Source of the DNA: Acidobacteriaceae bacterium
Lineage (GTDB): Bacteria; Acidobacteriota; Terriglobia; Terriglobales; Acidobacteriaceae
Direction of reading: 5' to 3'
Assembly: GCA_965199215.1 (NCBI GenBank)
Contig: CBDAQY010000003.1
Location: 72,070-136,069, forward strand
DNA length: 64,000 bases
Part shown: in pieces, positions 9,277 through 17,969 of the stretch
Position numbering within the stretch: the first letter of the stretch is position 1
How the letters are laid out: the number at the start of each line of letters is the position of its first letter
The notes under the pieces: generated by a model
Told to the model about the DNA's origin: nothing
The model's database searches: none
What the model saw: the letters and a program-made list of their open reading frames with translations, nothing else
Made by a program: the position numbers and the translations under genes

Positions 9277-10266
9277 TTAGCCCAGCACTCGCGCCGCATC
9301 CTTCGCGAAGTAAGTCACAATAAAATCCGCCCCGGCCCTGCGGATACTCAACAGCGACTCCATCATCGCCCGCTCCGGCTCCAGCCACCCTCGCTCAAAC
9401 GCCGCATGCAACATCGAGTATTCCCCCGAAACCTGGTAAGCCCCCATCGGCAGGTCAAAGCGCTCCCTCGCCGCCCGAATCACATCCAGATACGGCATCG
9501 CCGGCTTCATCAGCAGCATGTCCGCACCCTCTGCCACATCCTGGTCGATCTCCCGCATCGCCTCGCGCAGATTCGCGCCATCCATCTGGTACGTCTTGCG
9601 ATCCCCAAACTGCGGAGCTGAATCCGCCGCCTCGCGAAACGGCCCATAGAACGCCGACGCAAACTTCGACGCATAGCTCATCACCGGCACATCCTGCCTG
9701 CCCGCGGCGTCAAGCGCCGCCCGAATCGCCTCCACCCGTCCATCCATCATGTCCGAAGGCGCTACGATGTCCGCGCCCGCCACCGCCAGCGAAGCCGCCG
9801 CCTTCGCGATTAGCGCCACACTCGCATCGTTTTCAACCGAATAGTGCTCTCCATCACGAGCAATCAAGCCGCAATGTCCATGCGACGTGTACTCGCACAG
9901 ACAAACATCCGCAATCGTCACCAGCGAATCCAGCCTCCGATCCGCTTTCATCGCCCGAAGCGCTCGCTGCGTTATCCCATTCGGATCCCAGGCGCCCGTA
10001 CCCTGCTCGTCCTTCGTCTCCGGCAACCCGAACAGCAGCACACCGCCCACTCCAAGCTCCGCGCACGCCGCAGCCTCCTTCACCGCCTCATCCACCGAGA
10101 GATTAAACACCCCCGGCATCGACGAGATCGGCCTCTGCACGCCCTCACCCGGGCACACAAAAAGCGGATAGATCAGCATCTCCGGCCGCAGATGCGTCTC
10201 CCTCACCAGCGACCGCATCGCCTCCGTCTTCCGCAACCTTCTCAACCTAGTAACCGGAAAATTCAT
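9277..10266 (-). CDS. hemB: porphobilinogen synthase (delta-aminolevulinate dehydratase)
   Basis: RLRRLR N-terminus, active-site region [17 protein letters not shown] and a full-length 329-aa match to the HemB pattern. Confidence 0.92.
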   Translation of the reverse strand: MNFPVTRLRRLRKTEAMRSLVRETHLRPEMLIYPLFVCPGEGVQRPISSMPGVFNLSVDEAVKEAAACAELGVGGVLLFGLPETKDEQGTGAWDPNGITQRALRAMKADRRLDSLVTIADVCLCEYTSHGHCGLIARDGEHYSVENDASVALIAKAAASLAVAGADIVAPSDMMDGRVEAIRAALDAAGRQDVPVMSYASKFASAFYGPFREAADSAPQFGDRKTYQMDGANLREAMREIDQDVAEGADMLLMKPAMPYLDVIRAARERFDLPMGAYQVSGEYSMLHAAFERGWLEPERAMMESLLSIRRAGADFIVTYFAKDAARVLG

Positions 10267-10293
10267 AGCTACAGTCTACGACTCAAGAAAATC

Positions 10294-10423
10294 CTGTCAT
10301 CCTTCGAGTAATACTCGGCCCTCAAACCTTGTCATCCTTCGCGCGATACCCCCACCTGGAGTGTCATCCTGAGTGAAGCCACTCGCAGCCTCATCGCGAG
10401 TGGCGCAGTCGAAGGACCTGCTC
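10294..10423 (+). repeat. repeat family B: two truncated heads plus one full unit (10361-10423)
   Basis: GTGTCATCCTGAGTGAAGC-[gccactcgc..gcgagtggc hairpin]-GCAGTCGAAGGACCTGCTC. Truncated gtcatccttcg heads are at 10296 and 10330. Confidence 0.85.
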
Positions 10424-11346
10424 TACGCCACCGGTCCGCCATACGGTAACGAAATATCCGACGACCGAATATGCAGATCCCTCTGCGGAAACGGCAACTC
10501 GATCCCGTTCTCCGCGAACAGCTTGAACACCGCAAAGTAAAGGTCGGACTTCAGCACCAGCGGCGTATGCGCCCGCTCCGCCGTCCACACTCTCAGCGCG
10601 AAATTGATCGAGTTATCCCCATAATCCGTAAAGATCACGTCCGGCTTCGGGTCCTTCAACACTTGGGCGTGCCCGGCCGCAGCTTGCAGCAACAACCTGC
10701 GCACCACCTCTGGATCAGAGGTATACCCTACGCCCACCGGCACGTTTACCCGCACATTCGGATCGTTCGCCGTCCAGTTCGTCACTGAATTATTGATGAA
10801 CTCGTTATTGGGCACAATAATGAGTACGTTGTCGTTCGTTCGCACCCAGGTCGACCTCGCCGCAATCTTCACAACATCTCCCAGCGTGTTTCCAGTCTCG
10901 ATCCGGTCACCCATCCGGATCGGCTGCTCAATCAGAAGAATCAACCCCGCCACGAAGTTGGACACCACATTTTGCAGCCCTAGCCCGACACCAACACCCA
11001 CCGCCCCGCCAAAGACAACCAGCGAATTCAGATTCACGCCCAGCGACTGCAACCCGACGAACAGCCCCACCGCAAAGAGGAGATACGTCGTAAACCGTCC
11101 CAGCGCAAACTTCTGCGAGTCTGCGATGTTCACATGCCGCAGTACCCGCCCCAGCAGAAACCGCTGCACGCCATTCGAGATCGCCACCAGCAGAAAAAGA
11201 AAGACTGCAACCTTCAGCAGGAATACCGGTGTCACCGGCAGCCCGCCAACCTTGAAGAACGTATAGAACAGCACGTCCCGCCACCCGTGCGAGAGATAGC
11301 TCATCCATTCGGGCGACTGCAAAACCGACGCTGACCAGGAGATCAC
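10423..11346 (-). CDS. MscS-family mechanosensitive channel
   Basis: Three N-terminal TM segments followed by GLQNVVSNFVAGLILLIEQPIRMGDRI and the beta-domain pattern. Confidence 0.85.
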   Translation of the reverse strand: MISWSASVLQSPEWMSYLSHGWRDVLFYTFFKVGGLPVTPVFLLKVAVFLFLLVAISNGVQRFLLGRVLRHVNIADSQKFALGRFTTYLLFAVGLFVGLQSLGVNLNSLVVFGGAVGVGVGLGLQNVVSNFVAGLILLIEQPIRMGDRIETGNTLGDVVKIAARSTWVRTNDNVLIIVPNNEFINNSVTNWTANDPNVRVNVPVGVGYTSDPEVVRRLLLQAAAGHAQVLKDPKPDVIFTDYGDNSINFALRVWTAERAHTPLVLKSDLYFAVFKLFAENGIELPFPQRDLHIRSSDISLPYGGPVA

Positions 11347-11459
11347 CCCTGTAGGACGCGCGCCAGCACAAATCTAGGTGCCCCACGTAACGATTCTAAG
11401 AAGCGTGTCCTGGCGCGAAGTAACCAGCCGCCTCCACCCCCGGGTCTCACTCAGCGCAA

Positions 11460-11795
11460 TCAAGCACCGACACCTTTTAGCAGATGCCTTCGCCCCCAGC
11501 CACAGAGAACCTCCAGCACCGGCAGCAGAGTCTTGCCATATGCCGAGATCGAGTACCGAACACACCGCGGCGCACTCCGCTCCTCCTTCCGCAGCAAAAT
11601 GCCCTCCTGGCACATCTCCTGCAAATGCCGGATCAACATTCGCTCGGTGATCTCCGGAATGCACCGCCGGAGTTCACTTGGCCGCAGTGGCCCATCCACC
11701 AGCCGCCATAGGATGGTTCCCTTCCATCGTCCGTCGATGACCGACAGCGCGGCATCGATCGGGCATGGTGAAATCTCCTTCTTCGATACCGGCAT
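11460..11795 (-). CDS. HxlR-family transcriptional regulator
   Basis: CPIDAALSVIDGRWKGTILWRL...PSELRRCIPEITERMLIRHLQEM...R.VRYSIS is the HxlR winged-helix signature. ATG at 11795 has an upstream GAGGGGGA. The ORF track begins at a TTG at 11834. Confidence 0.8.
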   Translation of the reverse strand: MPVSKKEISPCPIDAALSVIDGRWKGTILWRLVDGPLRPSELRRCIPEITERMLIRHLQEMCQEGILLRKEERSAPRCVRYSISAYGKTLLPVLEVLCGWGRRHLLKGVGA

Positions 11796-11901
11796 TGCGA
11801 CGCTCCCCCTCTTACGTCCTTTCGATCCTGACAACTTAGTCAGTACCGATCACTGAGTCAGTCTAGTCGCGCATACGCTCTAAAGAGGTGGAGAGTGTCT
11901 T

Positions 11902-12354
11902 ATGATCCAGCTTCTCGATGTAGTCACCCTGGTAAGCATTGGCCTGATGGTTGGTGCCGAGCTTTCGATCGCAGCCTTCATCCACCCGGCCCTGTACCGC
12001 CTGCGGGAGGAAGCCCACGTGCCCGTCGCCGCCGCTCTTGCCAGGCTCTTCGGCCGGGTCATGCCGCCGTGGTACGCCGCTAACCTTCTACTCGCGCTTG
12101 CCCAGACCTTTCTGCGCTGGCACCAATCGGGCCGCGCCCCGGAGTTGCTCGCAACCTCAGCCTTCCTGCTCCTGCTGATGATCCTCTATTCGGTCATCAT
12201 CGAGGTGCCCATCAACAACCGCGTCGCAGAATTCTCCGTCGGCGAACTTCCCGCAGACTGGAAGATGGATCGCCAACGCTGGGACTTCCACCACCGCTGG
12301 CGCGTCCTGATCCTCGTCGCCGCCTTCACGCTCCTGGCCACGTCCCTCACCTGA
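11902..12354 (+). CDS. DUF1772-family membrane protein
   Basis: Four hydrophobic segments, AELSIAAFIHP and the VPINN pattern. Divergent from the HxlR regulator. Confidence 0.65.
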   Translation: MIQLLDVVTLVSIGLMVGAELSIAAFIHPALYRLREEAHVPVAAALARLFGRVMPPWYAANLLLALAQTFLRWHQSGRAPELLATSAFLLLLMILYSVIIEVPINNRVAEFSVGELPADWKMDRQRWDFHHRWRVLILVAAFTLLATSLT

Positions 12355-12378
12355 CCTCAACACTTGGCGGCAAGCAGG

Positions 12379-12410
12379 TTTGTTTGTCATTCCCGATGGC
12401 ATTCGGCGCT
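12379..12410. repeat. repeat family A, degenerate
   Basis: tttgtttgtcattcccgatggcattcggcgct. Confidence 0.6.
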
Positions 12411-12540
12411 TCCGCCTGGACACTGCGAGGTAAACCGCTCCAAACACCAGATGGCCCGGGCGTCCAATCCATTGCACTCACAGCGATTGCACTCACAGCC
12501 ATGGATGGTGCGTGCATCTCTCCCATGGGTGCCGCGCTCG

Positions 12541-13665
12541 TTATGGTTTCACCGGAGACCCTGTCATCAGCCCCACGAACATCCTGTTGAACTTCGCTTT
12601 ATCCAGGTCCACCCACACATGCACCGGCTGCAACGTGAACCTCGGCTTGTTCTCCTTCGTCCAGCTCAGTGTGTCCCCGTAGTTCGTCCCTCGCGTCGTA
12701 TCCACATCGACATACAGCGTCTCCTCCTTCGTAATGACGCCGGGGTCGATCCACGCCGCCGCGGCCAGTTCATCCCACATATAGTAGTTCTCGTGCGTGT
12801 ACTTCGCGAGATACTCAGCCGCCGGAGTCTTTGCCTTCGCAACCTCCGCCAGCATCTCCTTACTGAAGAAAGTCTTTACCGAAATATCGACCGTCGTAAG
12901 CTCGACCCTCTTCCACGCCGCCCGTAGAGCAATGTGCGCCGCCTCGGGGTCCCACCAGAAGTTGAACTCATGCCTCGGATGCGTACGAAACTCCGTATCG
13001 TCGGTCACCGGCGCAAGACTCCCGCCCATGATCACAATCCCCTCAGCCAACTCCACGAACTGCGGATCGATCGAGATCGCCAGCGCGATGTTTGTCAGCG
13101 GCCCCGCCGCATAGATCGTCACCAGGTGCGGATGCGCCCTCACCTGCCGCACCAGAAAGTGCGCCGCATCCTCATCGATCGGCTTCGTAGTCGGCGCGCC
13201 TTCTTCCATCGGCGGCAACACAAACGCCGCGTGATACGCCTGCGCACTCGTCCTTGGCCCGGACGGCCCTGCAAGATCACCCCACGCCCCATACCAGTCG
13301 AAGCTCCCAGTCAGGGGCCGTTCGAGCATCGTCTCTTCCTCGGTCCGCACCATCGGATACACCGCCCCCGCAGCCACCGGAACGTCCGTCCTTCCAATCA
13401 ACTCCAGCATGCGCAATGTATGCTGGACCTCTTCGGGCTCCCAGGCGTTCCCGCTCACCATCGTGATGCCGAGCACCTTGACCTTCGGCGATTGCAACAG
13501 CACCATCATCGCCATCTGGTTCGATCCTCCCGGGCCTGAACCATCCTGATCGATCACCACCATCCGCTGCTGGCCCAGCGCCCCGGCACAGACAATCCCT
13601 AGCGCCAGCACGCTTGAAACTGCTTCATTAATGATCCACATGCGAACAGAGTAGAGCAAAACCAT
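12541..13665 (-). CDS. nucleoside hydrolase family protein, secreted
   Basis: The signal-like N-terminus, VVIDQDGSGPGG...VLGITMVSGN...IYAAGPLTNIA resembles IUNH-family blocks. The N-terminal Asp cluster is atypical. Confidence 0.7.
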   Translation of the reverse strand: MVLLYSVRMWIINEAVSSVLALGIVCAGALGQQRMVVIDQDGSGPGGSNQMAMMVLLQSPKVKVLGITMVSGNAWEPEEVQHTLRMLELIGRTDVPVAAGAVYPMVRTEEETMLERPLTGSFDWYGAWGDLAGPSGPRTSAQAYHAAFVLPPMEEGAPTTKPIDEDAAHFLVRQVRAHPHLVTIYAAGPLTNIALAISIDPQFVELAEGIVIMGGSLAPVTDDTEFRTHPRHEFNFWWDPEAAHIALRAAWKRVELTTVDISVKTFFSKEMLAEVAKAKTPAAEYLAKYTHENYYMWDELAAAAWIDPGVITKEETLYVDVDTTRGTNYGDTLSWTKENKPRFTLQPVHVWVDLDKAKFNRMFVGLMTGSPVKP

Positions 13666-13666
13666 C

Positions 13667-13700
13667 TTTGTTTGTCATTCCCGCAGGGAATCTGCGTCTG
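13667..13700. repeat. repeat family A
   Basis: tttgtttgtcattcccgcagggaatctgcgtctg. Confidence 0.85.
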
Positions 13701-13793
13701 TACTTACTTTCCTGGTCCGTCGATCAAACCGGTCTGCTGCGAAACGGTTAAAGAACTGTCTCGGGCTGGAGAACACTGTGCTACGCTCCGCGT

Positions 13794-14468
13794 ATGAAAA
13801 TTTGTTTGCTGATGGCGCTATTGGCGGCATGCCCTATCTCAGTAGCTTCACTGAATAGGCGCTCGACTCAGCAGTCACTTGGTCAATGCGCTTGGAACGG
13901 CACAACCGTGCAACTTACAGACGCGGGAAACACGGTCCTCACAACCATGGACGATGTGACCGTGCGCGGAGGCTACTTATCGAACATCGATCAGTCGGCG
14001 GCGGTTCTCACCTTTTGGAGAGGAGACAAGTTGCTGTTATCGAAAAATATCGATGACATGTCGAACCCAAATGGTTTTGCTACTCAGTCCGACGATCGCC
14101 ACTGGCTAGCCCTCAACTCAAGCAACGGCGGCGCTGCAGGTGGTTGGAGTATATCGATCTTTCACTTAGCAGCACACGGAAAGATCACCGATCTATCATC
14201 CTCGATGGCGTCCGTCATTCGAGATTTCTCTTCCCGGCACGACTGCAAAACAAGAGGCGACAACTACCAAGCCTTTCAATGGCGAGGTGTGGATGAACTG
14301 CTGCTAACCGCCGAAGTCTATGGAACAAGCGATTGTGGCAAAGAGAGTGGATACACAGAGGGTTATGTGCTTCAACCCTCAAGTGGCAAAATCCTGCATC
14401 GTTACTCCGAGCCAGAACTGCTGAGGCTCCCCGGAGTGTGCCTCTGGAACTGGGATACTCGCCGGTAG
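13794..14468 (+). CDS. hypothetical secreted protein (orphan)
   Basis: Signal peptide MKICLLMALLAACPISVAS. No recognisable family. Visibly lower GC and no GC3 bias relative to neighbours. Confidence 0.5.
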   Translation: MKICLLMALLAACPISVASLNRRSTQQSLGQCAWNGTTVQLTDAGNTVLTTMDDVTVRGGYLSNIDQSAAVLTFWRGDKLLLSKNIDDMSNPNGFATQSDDRHWLALNSSNGGAAGGWSISIFHLAAHGKITDLSSSMASVIRDFSSRHDCKTRGDNYQAFQWRGVDELLLTAEVYGTSDCGKESGYTEGYVLQPSSGKILHRYSEPELLRLPGVCLWNWDTRR

Positions 14469-14473
14469 ACCAC

Positions 14474-15037
14474 TCAACTCCGGTCCGCAATCGCTTTCCA
14501 CTCCCCACCGGACTCACCCGGAGCCATCACCCAGAGCGTATAAGTCCCCAGCGCCGTTCCCATCGGAAGCGTTAGCAGAGCCAGCACAGCCGCGACGATC
14601 GCCAGCGTTCTCGCCCAAGGCTTACGGTTCAAAAGACTCCAGCCAACAATCACCGACAGTACCACGGAGAAGCCGGTCACGACGGTCAGCAATGGCAGCA
14701 GCACGGACATCCACTGTGGGCCGCCATCACCGAAGCGATGGTTCAAGATCCATGCCGGTGGCCCGAAACGTGTCCCCACGAAGGCGTGCAGAAAGATGGT
14801 TTCGAAAAGCGCCGCTACCCCGCGATACGCCGCAAACAAACACCAAAGCACCCCAAGTGTCTTGAGGTTCCGCTGTACCCGAAGCCGTGCCGCATACGGC
14901 ACCCCGTAGTGTCCGGCTACCGGTTCAGGCTGTGCCGCATAGATTGGCTGTCCTGTGGCCGCCACAACGCCGCCTCCACATCCTGCGCAAAAATTCACGC
15001 CCGTAACTGCCCGGGCGCCACACGTCCCACAGACCAT
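14474..15037 (-). CDS. zinc-ribbon membrane protein
   Basis: N-terminal CGTCG...CAGCG double CxxC, then four hydrophobic segments. ATG at 15037 is preferred over GTG at 15073. Confidence 0.6.
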   Translation of the reverse strand: MVCGTCGARAVTGVNFCAGCGGGVVAATGQPIYAAQPEPVAGHYGVPYAARLRVQRNLKTLGVLWCLFAAYRGVAALFETIFLHAFVGTRFGPPAWILNHRFGDGGPQWMSVLLPLLTVVTGFSVVLSVIVGWSLLNRKPWARTLAIVAAVLALLTLPMGTALGTYTLWVMAPGESGGEWKAIADRS

Positions 15038-15134
15038 CACACACCTCGCATAGTTCACACGCAATTCACACACCTGTACGCGCGCAGATCATCTCGGGTT
15101 CCCGCAGACCAGTAGGAAACGTACGATAGAGGAT

Positions 15135-17891
15135 GTGAACCCGCCGTCCCTCCTCCCCGAAGTCCCGTCCCCCCTCCTCGAATCGAGCGCCATTGCCCTT
15201 GAGTGGCCGCGCCTCCGCGAGCACATCGCCACCCGCACCACCTCGCCTCTCGGCCGAGCCTGGATCACGGCCCTGGAGCCGTCCTCCGACCTCCTGTGGA
15301 TTGAGCAACAGCATCAACGCACCGCCGAACTCCGCGCCATGCTTACCGCCGGAGGCACCTTCGACTTCAATGGCCTCTTCGATCCAACCCTGCTGCTGGA
15401 GAAAGCGCGCATCGACGGCTCCGCTCTCGAATCGCTCGAAATACTCAACCTCCTCAGCGTCGCCGAGCGAGTCGCCGCCTGGCGCAACCTCTTCGCCTCC
15501 GCCGAAGCCCGTCGCAACAACGGTCTCGTCTCAGCCACCAGCATCGCGACCCTTACCGCCCCATTACTCGACCACGACCTCGCCCCGCTCCTCCGCACAC
15601 TCCGCGGCAAGATTGAACCCGACGGCTCGCTCTCAGACGACGCCAGCCCCGAGCTCCGCCGCATCCGTCGCGCCATGGAGCGCCAGCACCGCGCGATCGA
15701 AGAGTCCCTCCGCAAGTCCCTGCGGTCCCTGGCAAGCGAGGGCAGTACGAGCGCCGGCGGCGGTTCGCTACGAGACGAACTCATCACCATCCGCGGCGAC
15801 CGCTTCGTCATCCCGGTCAAAGCGGAGTTCCGCCGCCGCGTCCCCGGCGTCATCCACGGAGCTTCTTCTTCTGGGCAGACTGTGTTTGTGGAACCCCTCG
15901 AAACCATCGAGCAAAATAACGAACTCGTCCGCCTCCTCGACGAAGAACAATCCGAGATACACCGCATCCTCGTCGCCCTGACCCGCGCTCTCGGTGAAAA
16001 CGCCACGGCCCTCCACCTCGGCACCGCCATCCTCGCCGAAGTTGAATCTCACATCGCCCGCGCACGCTTCGCCAACGACCTCGACTGCACCCGCCCCCTC
16101 TTCATTCAGGACGATGCAAATCGCAGAATGCAGGACGATGCAAACCGAGGAATGCAGGGCGATGTAAATAGAGGAATGCAGGACGATGTAAATAGAGGAA
16201 CTCAGGACGATGTAATTAGAAGAACGCAGGGCGACTTAAATAAAAGTGTCATGCTGAGCGAAGCGCAAAGCGCGCAGTCGAAGGACCTGCTGTTAAGCCC
16301 AGCGAACGCCCCTCAAATCTCCCTCACCGCCGCCCGCCATCCTCTCCTCGAACTCCGAATGCGCACCGCAGCCCGCGAATCTGGCGAAGCCGCCAAATCC
16401 CCCATCCCGCTAACCATCGCTCTCCCCAACGACGCCCGCCAGCTCATCATTAGTGGCCCTAACACCGGCGGCAAAACCGTCTCCCTCAAAACCACCGGCC
16501 TCCTCGCCTTAATGGCGCAGGCCGGAATTCCCGTTCCCGCCGAAGAGGCGAAGTTTCCCCTCTTCCACTCCATTTACGCCGACATCGGCGACGCCCAGTC
16601 CATCGAGCGCAACCTATCCAGCTTTTCCGCCCACGTCGTCAACCTCGACCGCATCTCCCGCCTCGCAGGGCCGGCGTCTCTGGTCTTATTAGACGAACTA
16701 GGCTCCGCCACCGACCCCGAAGAAGGCGCAGCACTCGCTGTGGCCATCGCCTCGCACTTCCTCGCCACCCGGGCCTGGTGCTGCATCACCACCCATCTCA
16801 CCTCGCTCAAGGTCTACGCCGCCAACCACGCCGGAGTCCTCAACGCCGCCGTCGGCTTCGACCAGGAGACCCTCTCGCCCACCTACCAACTCCGCCTCGG
16901 CGTTCCCGGAGCCTCAGCCGGCCTCAACATCGCCGCCCGCCTTGGCATGTCGCCCGCCATCATTGAAGAAGCCCGCGCCCAGATGACCACCCAGACCGCC
17001 GACATCGGCGCCTTCCTCGATCAACTTCATGACCAGCTTCGTGCCGCGGAGAGCGAACGCGACAGCCTCCGCGCCCGCGAAGAAGAACTCCGCAAAGAAC
17101 GCATCAAGCTCGACATCGAGGGCCGTGCCGAACAAAAAGCCCGCATTCGCGAGCTCGAACAAAAGCTGGAGTCTCTCATGCAGGACTTCGCCACCCAGGT
17201 AAAAGACACCGTCAAGCTCATCGACGACAAGACCCTCAAGCAGAAGATCTCCCGCGACGCCGATCTCCGCCTCGCCCGCGCGAAGCGTGAATTTTCCGAA
17301 CAGTTCAAATCCACTGTAGTCGCTCACAACACCGGTGCCGACAAGCACCCAGACAAGGCCTCTGCCTCTAAATCGGCCCTGCAATCGGCCCAGCGCACCA
17401 TAAAACCTGGCGACCTCGTCACCCTTAAATCACTAGGCCGGCAGGCCCGAGTCGAACGCGTGATCGACGCCAGAAACTACGAGGTCTCCATCGGCCCCAT
17501 GAAGATGCGTGCCGTCCTAGACGACATCACCGACGTCCAATCGGTGGCTGTCGTCACCCCCTTACAAGCAGCCCGCAAGCGTGGAGGCATCACCGTCTCT
17601 ACCTCCGCAAACTCCGGCTCCGCGTCGGACTACGCCTCCGACTACATGCCCTCCGAGATCAACGTCATCGGTCGCACCGCCGACGAAGCCGAGACCGAGG
17701 TTGAACGCTTCCTCGACCGCGCCTTCCTCGCTGGCCTCCCCAGCATCCGCATCGTCCACGGCACGGGCATGGGCATCCTCCGCAGAACGTTACGCGAATA
17801 CCTGCGCTCACACCCCCACGTCACCACCGTCACCGAACCCCCACAAAACGAAGGCGGCCAGGGAGCCACGGTAGTCGAACTCCGCCAGTAA
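15135..17891 (+). CDS. mutS2: endonuclease MutS2 (with a repeat-derived insertion)
   Basis: Walker A GPNTGGKT, LLDELGSATDP and C-terminal Smr domain INVIGRTADEAETEVERFLD...IVHGTGMGILR. GTG start. 918 aa, which is long for MutS2. Confidence 0.9.
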   Translation: MNPPSLLPEVPSPLLESSAIALEWPRLREHIATRTTSPLGRAWITALEPSSDLLWIEQQHQRTAELRAMLTAGGTFDFNGLFDPTLLLEKARIDGSALESLEILNLLSVAERVAAWRNLFASAEARRNNGLVSATSIATLTAPLLDHDLAPLLRTLRGKIEPDGSLSDDASPELRRIRRAMERQHRAIEESLRKSLRSLASEGSTSAGGGSLRDELITIRGDRFVIPVKAEFRRRVPGVIHGASSSGQTVFVEPLETIEQNNELVRLLDEEQSEIHRILVALTRALGENATALHLGTAILAEVESHIARARFANDLDCTRPLFIQDDANRRMQDDANRGMQGDVNRGMQDDVNRGTQDDVIRRTQGDLNKSVMLSEAQSAQSKDLLLSPANAPQISLTAARHPLLELRMRTAARESGEAAKSPIPLTIALPNDARQLIISGPNTGGKTVSLKTTGLLALMAQAGIPVPAEEAKFPLFHSIYADIGDAQSIERNLSSFSAHVVNLDRISRLAGPASLVLLDELGSATDPEEGAALAVAIASHFLATRAWCCITTHLTSLKVYAANHAGVLNAAVGFDQETLSPTYQLRLGVPGASAGLNIAARLGMSPAIIEEARAQMTTQTADIGAFLDQLHDQLRAAESERDSLRAREEELRKERIKLDIEGRAEQKARIRELEQKLESLMQDFATQVKDTVKLIDDKTLKQKISRDADLRLARAKREFSEQFKSTVVAHNTGADKHPDKASASKSALQSAQRTIKPGDLVTLKSLGRQARVERVIDARNYEVSIGPMKMRAVLDDITDVQSVAVVTPLQAARKRGGITVSTSANSGSASDYASDYMPSEINVIGRTADEAETEVERFLDRAFLAGLPSIRIVHGTGMGILRRTLREYLRSHPHVTTVTEPPQNEGGQGATVVELRQ
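16107..16247 (+). repeat. 24-bp tandem repeat, about 5.9 copies, in frame inside mutS2
   Basis: Units start at 16107, 16131, 16155, 16179, 16203 and 16227 (caggacgatgcaaatcgcagaatg and variants). They encode Q[DG]D[AV][NI][RG][RG][MT] octapeptides. AT-richer than the flanking sequence. Confidence 0.9.
16246..16293 (+). repeat. repeat family B, short unit, in frame inside mutS2
   Basis: gtgtcatgctgagcgaagcgcaaagcgcgcagtcgaaggacctgctgt, translated VMLSEAQSAQSKDLLL. Confidence 0.85.
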
Positions 17892-17906
17892 TCAGCCACG
17901 ACATTT

Positions 17907-17937
17907 GATCCCCTGTCTCGATCTGAGACATAGGATC
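17907..17937 (+). repeat. repeat family C hairpin (between convergent mutS2 and the hydrolase gene)
   Basis: gatcccctgtctc-gatct-gagacataggatc. Confidence 0.75.
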
Positions 17938-17969
17938 CGTGCTCCGAAGGATGCTGTATTTCGACCAAG

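Noticed and set aside
16107-16293. The mutS2 repeat segment as an assembly artefact or a gene-disrupting insertion (pseudogene)
   Set aside because: The segment begins on a codon boundary and its length keeps the frame. All downstream MutS2/Smr motifs are intact, so I treat it as a genuine in-frame insertion. Only resequencing can exclude a collapse or expansion artefact.
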